NCBI GenBank assembly: GCA_964430295.1
Contig: CAYSEV010000001.1
Span: forward strand, 5,699 to 69,698
Direction: 5' to 3'
DNA length: 64,000 bases
DNA from: an uncultured Gammaproteobacteria bacterium
Lineage (GTDB): Bacteria; Patescibacteriota; Microgenomatia; UBA10105; UBA927
Shown here: piece after piece, positions 11,501 through 23,500 of the stretch
How positions within the stretch are numbered: the stretch's first letter is position 1
How the letters are laid out: every line of letters begins with the position of its first letter
Translations under genes and position numbers: made by a program
Notes under the pieces: model-generated
Seen by the model: only the letters and a program-made list of their open reading frames with translations
Told to the model about the DNA's origin: nothing
The model's database searches: none

Positions 11501-14500
11501 CGTGCAGTCACCGGCAATATGGCTGATGCAAAGGGTGTCGTTGAGACGGTCATGAGTCTCAAGACTGAATACTCTCCTGAAGCGGAATATAAGATATTTG
11601 GCTCACCAGACGGGTCAGTTGTAGGTCAACTAGCTAAGGAGCGATCATTTATCGTACGTAGTGACGCAGAGGCATCCAAGATGCTTTCCAAACTTATCGA
11701 GTCTAAACTGCTTGATACAACGATGGGTAATACTTCCAATGGCAATCTAAAAATTACTTTAGCCCACAAAGGCGCATGGGATCCGATTAAATTATTCCAG
11801 GATCAGGTATTAAGTAGGACTCAGGGAAATGATCCTGTATTAACCAATAAAACTGTACACGTGGCAGTTGGAGAAGGAAAGTTTGCGGAATTGCGAATCA
11901 ACGCGGAAGGAAGACTAGAAGGACTGGATGCGTCAGGAAAACCGACCGGCACGATTCGTACGACCGCAGAGGTTGAAAATATCTTTAAGAGCGGTAATGC
12001 AAAAGATACGATCGTTGTCATTGATGAAGGTGGTCACACAGGAACGACCATTCTTACTGAAAATGTGCCTGGTATTACTGTTGGCAACAGTAAAATTACG
12101 CTCGGAGACCTTATTCAAGGTGTGAGTCGAGGTAATCGAGGAAACAGTTTATCTGATCAATACCTTATTTATATAGACGAAGCTGCTCCAGTTATCGACT
12201 TTACTAAACCTGGGCGCGAAGTTGTCGACTCAACAAAGATGACGGATGAACAGTTTGCAAAAGTGCATGAAAATGCTCAGAGAGAACAGGTAGTAGCTGA
12301 AAAGTTAAAGACAACAAACGCTCTGAATCTAGCTGTGGAAGCGGCGAGTAAGCGGCCAATATCCGATGCTATTCGGGCACTTCGCAATGCAAACACTTCG
12401 AATGATCCTGTGTTAAAGAATTTGGCGGACTGGATGTCTGACACGCTTTTGGATTTTGGTACCAGATCAAAGAATCGTGATTTGAGACTTGAACAGGGTG
12501 AAGCCCAAACAACACTCGAAGCCCGACAGGAAATGATACAGCGGGAAGCGGCAAAGTGGGATGCATTCCTGAAAGATCCGGCTAATGCGTCTCAATTGAA
12601 AGCCCTCAAGGAAATTCTGCCTGACATAGTTGCACGTATGGAGGAAAACCGTGATGTGTTTGCCAACGGTGCAAAATTGTCCTATGCCGAGAATCCTGAG
12701 CCGATGTGGAAGACGCTGGCACGTCCTGAATTCAAAGAGACATGGGATGCTATGGTGAAGAAAATTCCGGAATTGGCAAACTTTGATCCGGCGGGCACTA
12801 CATGGAATGCACTCTTTGAGCCGGCAAATCGAGTCTTACTTGATAAAGTACGGGTAGATTTCCCGGAAGAATTTAAGCGATTCGGTTCCAATGAACCATC
12901 TAAAGATCCGGTATTGTTCGCCAAAGATCTGAAGGAATTAGTGTTGCGTCATGAAAGCTCTATTAAAGCTGATCAGGAAAGTAAGTATACAGCTAAAGAT
13001 TCTAAGGTGGATGTCAAAGATTACGTAAATGTGGCAGAACACCTGAGTACCAGCCAGAAGATTGGTGTCACGGTATTGGATGCGTTGGGTAATATGTTAC
13101 CGGGAAGTCTCGGCCTTCCGTTCCAAAACTGGTCAGCATCTATTAAGTATGGTGTACGCCAGACGGCAGCAGAAAAGTTACGTGAGGAACAGGATGCCGC
13201 TGCCTCAACCATTCCTGTGCCAAATTACAGCACAACTCAAAGTAGAGCTGCACTGATCGATGCGGCAAAGAAGCCGGATGCAACGGTTGTGGATAAAGCC
13301 CTCGGGCTTATTGCATTGGCTAAACAATACCAAGCAGCAAAAGATAATTTAGATAAAGCAGTCAACCCTGTCCGTGGAGTAGAAATAAAAGCAGGAGATA
13401 AACTTGGTAGTTCTATTCAACCTAACGCGGCTATTAAGGTCGAAGATTGGCGCATTATACGTGTAGATTCATCCGGAAATGTAACTTCTGTTGATCCGCT
13501 TATCGGCGCGACTATTAAGGATGGAGATATAATTATCAGTAATGTAGAATATGAAGCGAAAAAAGATAAACTCATCGGAAATAATCTTGAGACAGCAAAG
13601 AAAGTTGATGGAGTTGTCTATAGTATCGTTCCAACGATTGCTACAGTGATCAGAGTTGGTAAAGCAGATGCATTACCTGTTACTACCGTATCGAATAACT
13701 CATCAGAGGCTCTGTTTGCTGCCAATAAAGCGAAAGAAGAATTCCAGGCTCAGCTAGAAGTAGCAGAGAAAGATATCGCCCTGCGAATTGCAAATGAGTA
13801 TGGAATTATTGTGGCTAATGTTCCATCAGAACATCAGAACACAGTATCAACAGCGCTTCAGGATATAGCCGTGTATGAGGCACAGGTGATTTCTGCAGTC
13901 GCAATTGATCGTACTGTTGATGTAAATACTGTGCCTGAAGTTAAAACCGCGAAAACTGATGCAATTGCTTCACTGGACGCGTTGAAAACCGTCCTTTCGG
14001 ATGCGGATAAAGCAATACTACAGGGCAAAACATCTGAGCAGATTATAGAATCTCTTACATCGGCTGTGATTGCAAAAGCCAGAACAGCTTTGACTCCTAC
14101 AACGACAAAGACAACCGCGACGATACAGAGTGGATCATGGTTTACCAATGCTATAAAGAACAGTTGGAACTGGGCTCGCAGTCCTGAAAATATGGGTGCC
14201 CGCATCTTTAAGACTGTCGTCGTCATTAGTGCCTATATGCTTGCCGCTGGCGTTGCAATCTGGGTGGTCGGAAGTGTTATCGGATGGGCAGCCCCATTGA
14301 TTGGATCCCTATTTGCAGGAAGCACAGCAACAGGAGCCGCGGCAGCAACTGGGGCAGCGGCAACAACCACCACGGCTGCGGCTGCAACTACGGGTTCATC
14401 AGGATTGCTTGGATGGTTGATAACGACCAATCCGTTGCTCAACGTATTTAAGATCATGTTTGCGCTCTCATTCCTTGTTATGAGCTATTACAACATTATA

Positions 14501-17500
14501 AGTCCTGCTTCGCTTCGTAAAAATGAAGATGCAGTAGGTAAATTTGCCAGAACATACATATTTGCACCAAACCCGTTCAATCAAACATTATCACGAGGTC
14601 AAAAATGGGCATCAGCTCCAATGTTTATCGGCAGATATGTTGTTATAGCCGGTAGTCCACTGATGTGGCCGTTGGCTGTAATGGATATGGCAAATATATG
14701 GAATGAATATAGACTTTCACACGGTCAACCCACGTGGACGCAGCAACCGAATGCTCCGGAATGGTTAAAAAATGGAATGCGCAATGCAGTACAGCCGGAT
14801 GCTCTATATGGAGAAAATATCGAAAAGGGGAATGGGAGTAGATGGGGTGCGGTAGTCCATTTTGCAGCAGGGTTATCCGGTGCATTCATGCATGCAGTCT
14901 GGGGACCGGTTGCAATGCCATTTATGGCATATGATGTACTGACTGCATCAGCATCGAGATATCCACAGAGCAAAATTGTTGGATATCTAAAAGATGGGTT
15001 ATTCCCGGCTCCATGGAAGTCAGGACAGACAGGCATTCTCAATATTGGCTATTACGTAGCAACGCGTTGGCTACTATTTACTAATCCATTTACAGCACCG
15101 ATTGGAATACCTGTTCTTATTCATGATGCCTTCAGATTTTTAAATGATTTTGTAAATCAGGAAGTTGCCGGACAAATCCGACAACCAAATATAGATGCTG
15201 CAATTGCGTATACACAAGCCGAATTAGATAAGCAGGTTGCATTATATGAAAAGACTAAGTCTGATTTGGAAGCCGCTAAGAAATCGTACGCAGATTTGGT
15301 GGAAAAATCGAACAGTGGTAAGGCACGTGCAAAGGAGCTGCAAGAATTGATTCGAAAAGCCAGAATCTCTCTCTCTGCATCTGAAGCTAGATTGACACAA
15401 TCAACTGAGAGGCTGAATCAAGCAAAAAATACTGTAAATGCATTGAATCAACAAAAGACTCAAAAAACGTCGAAACAGGATCTGCAAACCGGATACGGTC
15501 TAGTCTCTGTTGCCTCCACTGAACTTATCGGTCGTGATTCTTCTCTCGGAAATATTCAAGGAAGCAGAGTATCGCGCAGACACGCATTAGTGTATCGGGA
15601 TCGTGCCACAAATGTGCTGGGAATCTCTGATTATAACTCAAGCAACGGGACATATGTAAATGGAGAACTGCTATCAGGCTATCTGGAACTGCAATTAGGA
15701 GATATTGTTACACTCGGTAAATTACGAGAACCTGAAAGTGCTGTATTGACGGTAAAATTACTTAATGGAGTGTTGGAGTTAGTAGATAGTCATGGAAAAA
15801 CAGTCAAAGGTAAGGCTATTAGTGCTCCGCCAGTAACTTCTGCATCAGATGCAGTAGTAAAATCAACAGTTTCTAGAAAGACTCCACTTGAAACCATATC
15901 AACTGGAGAAGCTAACTCTTTGAAAAACAGAATAACTATATCTGGCGATGAATTTAGAGGGAAAAAACTTACGGTAAATGAATTATATAAACAAAAACTA
16001 CAGCCTAAATACAGTATTCAAATTGACGGAACACAATATTACCTATCCGATTTATATGACATAGGTCAAGGCAGGCTGGCAGGCGTTGTCTATGTAGAAA
16101 TTGACGGTGTGTTTCACGCAAGATCATTCTATAGAAGTAATTCTTCAGCTGTATGGCGCTATTTGCCGGGATACGCTTCTGATGATGATGAAATTACCTG
16201 GTATTCGAAGGCATATGGTGAGGAAGGTATTAACGCTCCAATTACACTACAACAAGCATTAAGTAGATTACAACAGGACGGATCTCTAGTTCGCCCTGCT
16301 GACGATCAATTTATATTTGCTGGCCTTGCCCAAAGGCGAAGAGTCTCATCGACCTGGCTCATTAATATGAGGGAACAACCGGAAATGCTGAATATATCAT
16401 ACTCACGAAAAGATGCAGATAAACTTGCTGATCCGGAAAGTATGAAGTTCACAAATCCTGATGATGCTCCGGATTTTGGATCATTCCTAACAAGTTGGGA
16501 AGAGGACACTGCTCTATACGGAAAGATTACAAAAGATGCATTTTTATCTAAAAATAAAAAATATACATATGTCTTTTATCGCGATGAAGAGGGTAGAGCA
16601 GGCATAGCTTTTGTAGAAAATCAATCAGAAATTGTATCTCAGGGTATACGCCAACAAGCAGTTATAATTGGTGATTTAGCAACGCCTATATTTGAATATG
16701 ATTCACAAGCAGGCGGATATGGAAATGCCAAAATTCGCAGAGGACATTATGTGGATATGTATGCGAACTACCTAAGTAAAATACCAGTGATTCAGGAATA
16801 CCAATCATTCGTGAAACAAGGTGTCCGAAAAATAGCAAAGGTAGAGTCAATAACAGCAGAAGAAGCTGATCGTTTGTCAGAAGAAATTAGAAATGCATCT
16901 ACCGCAATGGAAGATGCACGAAGAGTTACGGTTTCTGATGCGAAACAGGTTACGCAATACAGAGAACAACTAGCGGTACTCCTCAATGAATTGGAATTGT
17001 TGGTTTCACAGGAAGGAGATGTTAAAGCTTCTTACGATGCCATCGTTTCGGGTAACGATGAAATTAAAAAAATTCAGGAAAAGATTGATCATTTGGAAAC
17101 AAAACTGGAAGCCCTTACAAACTGGAATCAGGCGAAGAAAAATCTTCTTGCTGCAAAACCACAAGCACAAATTGAGTGGATTGACCTGTTAACTGCACCG
17201 ACAGAAGAAATCATCCGAAGTATGAATAAGATGATTACACAATCGGCATCTGTGCCATCAAGCTCTCAGGTATTGGAAGCCTTGAGAGATAAGGATAATG
17301 ATGGAAAATCCGGCATAGAGCGAGTATCAGCGGCCGGAGGATACGTTGCTGTTTACACTGCACTTCAAAGCGCAAAAGCGTCAAATAGACAGGCCGATAT
17401 AGATATTGTTATGACAACACTTCGCACTGCTGCCGCAGAGCGATTGGAAAAAATAACCGGAAAAGCTATCGATCTGAACTCAAAAGAAGGGAAACGGATG

Positions 17501-20500
17501 ATAGAGGAGGCAATTTCCTATGAGCTTTCAATGTTTGCAGGAGAAAAACAATCAACAAAAGTGACCGATGCCACGGCTCCAAATAAAATAACTGCGGCAA
17601 TCAGTAAGTTCTGGCACAGTTTGCCACGTCCAGGGAAAATATTTGCCAGCCTTGGCCTGGGCATAGTCACGGTGTCTCTTATCACCACAATGCTTTCATC
17701 AACCGGATCCAGAGCTCCGCCTGTAGATACAGCACCACCTCAGACTCAAGTTGTACAGATGGTAGAACAGTCTCCGGTCCAGGCATTAGACCAGGTATAT
17801 CAGGAATCAGATCAACAATATGTATACACACAGGTAGCACAGGCTCCACAAGCTTCAGATCATGCATCGTCTCCACCCGTGATTACAAATACAAATCAAC
17901 AAGGAGGATTGACCGCTCAACAGCAGGACCAACTCATAAATGTGTCGATGGAGTTTGTAACAGATTCAGGAAGTGAGACAACACAGAGATCAGCGGAACT
18001 TCTGGGATTAAAACAACAGGATGGCAGTGTGATATGTGGTCCACTAAGTGCAACAATACTGCAAAAAGCCGGTTTATTGGATGCATCTGTTGATCCAATC
18101 GATTTCTATCAGGCAAATGACTGGACAAGCCAAGAATCCAAAGTAGGTACACTCTGGTATCTGCAAAAAACGTTCCCGACAGATAAATATGATTGGGTTG
18201 AATCACAACAATCGATTGGGGAGTATGATTTCAAGGCAAATCCACTACAGCCGGGAGATCTGCTCTATTTGAAAGGTGGAAACTTCACTCATTGGATCAC
18301 CATTTCACGCGTAGATAGTAGGGGTAGAGTATATGCAGTAACGAATATACAAAAAGGATTTATTACAGGTAATCCAAATGATTCCGAATGGCTTATACAA
18401 GAAGTGTTAGTGTATGATCCTGCAAACCCGCAGCTTGGACAGTTTGCAAAATGGACAGGGAATGATTATCCACAACTTGGAAAAACAGGGCTGAAAGGAT
18501 TCAGGCTTTGGAGGGCAAAGGGAACTACACAGGCACCAGTCAGTAGTACAAATACGGGGTCAAATACAACAACACAACAATCTCAGTCTACAAATTCAAA
18601 TGCCGCTACAAACAACAATAACCGTGTATCGGATTATTCCGCTTATAGTGTAAGGGCAGATGCTGCAATCAACGCAGTGCCATATGAAGGAATTCCTCAG
18701 GCTCGCTATGATCAAATGTTGGCGGATGGTGTTCTTTCAGATGATGAAGTGCGTGAAATGTATGAAATGTACTATAAGCCAATGCCTGCAGAATTTGTAT
18801 CTACAGGCACATTATACGGACCGCTCGCTAACGCAATCGGTGAATTGCATTGGTATGGAAATGCAATGCGCCAACAAATGGCCAGAGGGTTTGTACTTTT
18901 TGGCAATAATTCATATGGATATAGAGAAGATTTGGCAGATGAGCTGAAAAATTATGATGGTCCGTATGGGTCAACTCTCGGTGATAGGACAAATATATTA
19001 TTACAAAATCAGGCATCACCTCTTTATACTGTTCTTGCTGATCGGGTACGTACACCGGATAATCAGCCGGTTCCGTTGGAGTATAACGATCTCAACGAAC
19101 GACAGAAGTTAATCTACGACATGACCTCAATGGGACAGGATGAAACTGCAAAGAAATACTTCGTGAGTATAGAAGAACAGTCACAAATGACACCTGAAGA
19201 AGCATTGGCATCAGGCAAGTTTATAGGAATTGTATCATCCAAATCTCCAAATGACTTTGGTCGAAGATATATGCTGTGGAAATATGACGAAACCACAAAA
19301 CAAAAGAAATTTATTGGAATCGTCGTAGTCGCAGGTGAAGCAAAGCGTGGAGATTGGGTTCCGGATCAATCAGGTGATCCAACTTTTAATACGTATCCGC
19401 TTGGTCTTCGGGTGCAAAACGGGCAATCATGGGGATTTGATTTGACGACAAATGTGTACGAAGCGTTTGGTGGGACAGGGGGTCCAGTGTTTGATATCGT
19501 TGCAGTTGACCCTGACGGTCCGCTTACGACTAGAATGGAGCGTGTTGCAACAACAGAAAGTGTACAACCAACGTCATTAGCTCAGCCGTCAACATCAGGT
19601 CAAACATCTAATACATCTGCGCCACAATCGGCAACTGTACAGCAGACATCTCAGGTTGCTACACCTGGTCAGACATATGAAGTCGCATACGATACGTCAG
19701 TCCCCGAGAAGTATACAGTAGGAGCCTCAACCGCAAGGAGTGAGGCGGCTCCAAATGGCGGCATCCTTCTTACAGATCATGACCAGTGGTTGCCGATTGC
19801 TGAAAGTGATATTCCTGCATCTGCACAACTGCGTAATCCGCAGAGTTATATAAATACCATCAGATATTTCCACGTCACAGAATCTATACGATACAAAGCT
19901 GCAAGTAATACCACATACTGCAATATATTTGTATCGGATGTCACACGTGCCATGGGAGTAGAGATTCCGAAGTGGATTAATGGTGAAGGAACGTATGCGA
20001 ATTTCTTGTATGACTGGCTGGCAAATCCAAGCGAAGGCGGCAAAGCAGGATGGGTAGAAGTAAGCGCACAAGATGCGCAGGCATGGGCGGATAAAGGATA
20101 CCCTGTCGTGGCCTCCGCCCAATTTGAAGGGCACGGTCATATTGCTATGGTTATACCCGGGACGCCGGCGGACGGATTTATCCACAACGGTGAATATTAT
20201 CCAAACAGTGCGCAGGCAGGGCGGATAAATTTTGAAGGAAAGAGCACATATGAAGGATTCCATAGAGGATTGGAGCAAAATCAAGGACATCCTATCAAAT
20301 ACTTTGTGAACACGGGCAAAACTGTAAATATATACAAATCTGCTGCCGGTATCATCCCGATCGGGCTGGTTGGACTATGGGAAAAAGCAAAACAGGGAAT
20401 GGGCTTAACCAAACATACGGGTAATCCGGAAGATGAAGAAGTTGTAGAGACTGCCGGACCACAGGGTGCAGATGCAAAACTCGAAGAATCCATTACGGCA

Positions 20501-23500
20501 TATCTGGATGCGCACGATCCGGAAGGGTATACGCGTATATATGATTATTCCAATGCCCCAGAAGGAAATAGAAAACATCTGATTGCACAGTATATCATCG
20601 ACAAATTGTATGAGCAGGTACAGACTGATTCAAATGAACGCGGGGTATTTGCATCGGCAATGGGCGCATCAGGAGGCAATATACAGCCACGTATAACCGT
20701 TATAATTGACGATGTTAATAACATAAAAGAAGGTGCAGCGATAACAGTCAGGTATAGTGACGGTTCTGAAGTAAAAAGCAAAATAGTTCAGAAAATACCG
20801 GGTAAATCTACAGGTCAAGATTATTGGTTAATAAACAGTAAAGACGAACTATTTGCAGTGCCGACAATAGCCATACTGACGAGAGCAGCGGCAGATGCGC
20901 AACGAGACAATAAATCAGCAACAAATCAGCAGGGCACATCAGGTTCAAATGCAGTGAAGACTGAATCGGACGCAGTTAACAAAGCAAATGCTGATGTTCT
21001 GGCAGCCAAAAGTGAGTTTGAGAAAGCACACCAGGAATCTGAAAAGGCACGTATTGCAGCTGAATCTGTAACAACTTCCACAGTAGATCCGCAACTTCTC
21101 AAGGTCGCTCAGACGAATATGGCTGATGCACTTGGTGAGCTGAAAGTTGCAGAAGCAGATCTGACACAAAATAGAGAAATGGCTGATCATTACAGACAAA
21201 AACTTGAGCAGTTGAGAATACAACAAACGCTTCAAGAGCACACAACCGACGAAATGGCTATATTATCTCTCGGTTCTCCAATTACAAGAACTGATACCAC
21301 ATATGTCGTTGATGATGAATCATATGACGAATCATACGCTATTGAAGCCCAAGATGGTGAGTTTTTTGGAGAATTTGGAGCATCAGTTCGTGAAATTATC
21401 GGCATAGGCTCACCGAAGAAATTTGGTGCTATTGAAGTCTGGCTATTTGATAAAAATGATATAAAAACAAAAACAATTTTCCTTGTATCGGAGTATGCAT
21501 TTAACGATCCTGAAATCCGTTCACGATTAGAACAACTGGGAGAAGTAGTGCAGATTCAGACTGGTCCAACGGGCATATCCGTCATACGAACAAAAGATTT
21601 ACAGTTACACATATTTGTAAAGGATTTCGTGTACAGCAAAGGTGGGCCACAGGCAGATGTAAGCACGTTTGATAGAGTAACAGTTCAGTTAGAAGCATAT
21701 GCGAATGACGTTTCCACATTTGCAGGTCCTGTGGATATGCCCCAAATCGAAAAAGACATACTGGAAGCACAACAGCAATATACTGCATGGTCTGAAAAAG
21801 CGCGTCTTTCTCAAGAGGATGTCGCAAGACGCCTGGCGGCATACACAGAAGCGAAAAGGATTCTTAAGCAACTGGAAGAATCAGCAGAAACCGTTGCAGA
21901 TATGGCTGCATACGAATCAGCAAAAACCCGGGAAAATGAGGCAAAAGCACGCTTTGAAAAAGCACAATCTCATGCAGATGTATTGGCTGACTGGCAGAAA
22001 GCAAAAAATGAAATGCATGTGCTTAATCCAAAAGCGACCGTTGAACCGATAGATCTAAATACCGCAGATGATGGGGCTATAGTTGCTAATACTGCGCTGA
22101 TGCGTGCTGTTGAGCCTGTTATAGTGGCCGAGGCATCAACGCTTTATGACATGGATATCAAGAGAATCGGGCGTGTAAAGGTCGCTCTTCTATGGATTGA
22201 ATTCCTCAAAAAGTATCCAAACCAGATAACGACAGAACATAGAGTTCGCCTGTATCAGGGACTTGTAGCCGCACAAAAAGGACTTGCTGCAAAAGATGAT
22301 CTGATTTCAGCAGCGGATAAGACACTCATCGAAGAAGTACTTGCAAATGACGTTATCATACGCATTCGTGACGGATTTGGTGTCGGATCTACGCCGATCA
22401 ACACGCCGATGATGAAGACATTTGCATTGGATCTCATGGCATATGAGCAATCCGTTTTTGAAACCGGAAAACTAAATACAGATACAGAGAAAAAACTGAA
22501 AAAGCAAATAGCAGATATACTAGACAGTAAGTCGACAATTTCTGACAGTCTTCTTGCTACACTACCGAGCCGTGATCCAGAAGTGATTTGGAAGAAGATT
22601 ACAGACGGATTATTTAATGCAGCAATAGCAAATGGATCAACAAATGGGAATAAAAACCAGAATAACCCTGCTGCGAATACTTCATCAGTAACACCTGCAT
22701 CTGGAACATCAGGACAATCTACATGGCTATCAAGGCTGTGGGACAGGTCATCAAATTGGGTAAAATCCGGGAGTAATTTGGGCGAAAAGATCTTTAGAGG
22801 AATAGTTGTTGGTTCTATTTGGGTCACAGCTGCTGTAGCTTCAGCTTTTCTGATTACAGTTGTCTTTAATTCTGTTATGTTGTTGATCCCATGGTATGCC
22901 GGGTTGATCAGTTCTGCACACGTTTCATATTCATTGCTTGCATGGATAATTCCATCATTATTCATGCTCTCTGGATTATTGAATTTATCTGCGCCTCCGA
23001 TTATGCCACCAACGAATGCATCAGTTGTAGCGAGAGTGTGGCATGCTGTTCGCAATCCGTATCCTTGGCAGAACGGATTAACAAAAGAACAAAAACCTTA
23101 TGTATGGGGTGCCTTTGTTGGGAGATATGTGTTGGCAGGGATAATTAACCCAATGGAAATAGGCATGGGTCTTGTTGACCTAACAAACGGCATAAATCAC
23201 ATGGTGCGCCCTGCGATTGCACCTCAAACAGTTGAACCCAATAATACTGCTGTTGAACCGTCAGCATTCAGAAAATGGATCAATAAACCAACTTCACCTG
23301 CATTTTTGTCTAAAACAATACGATTCCTTGTTAATCCGCGATTTAGAGCAGATGACCCAGAGAAGCGGACAGGGAGTAGCTGGGGATACGTTCCCCATGG
23401 TGTAGGATTGCTAGGTATTTTCAGAGTATTCCAGACACCGATGGCTGCAACAATCGCGATTCCATTTGTGGCCCATGATGTCTATAACCTGCTGCGCAAC

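Noticed and set aside
22255-23055. A 266-aa minus-strand ORF, with similar 100-220-aa minus ORFs (for example 32980..33642, 28828..29337, 19727..20290 and 47932..48462).
   Set aside because: These are shadow ORFs inside the giant + strand CDSs. Their translations are low-complexity, Ser/Cys/Ala-rich, with no motifs or RBS. The + strand frame carries recognisable domains throughout.
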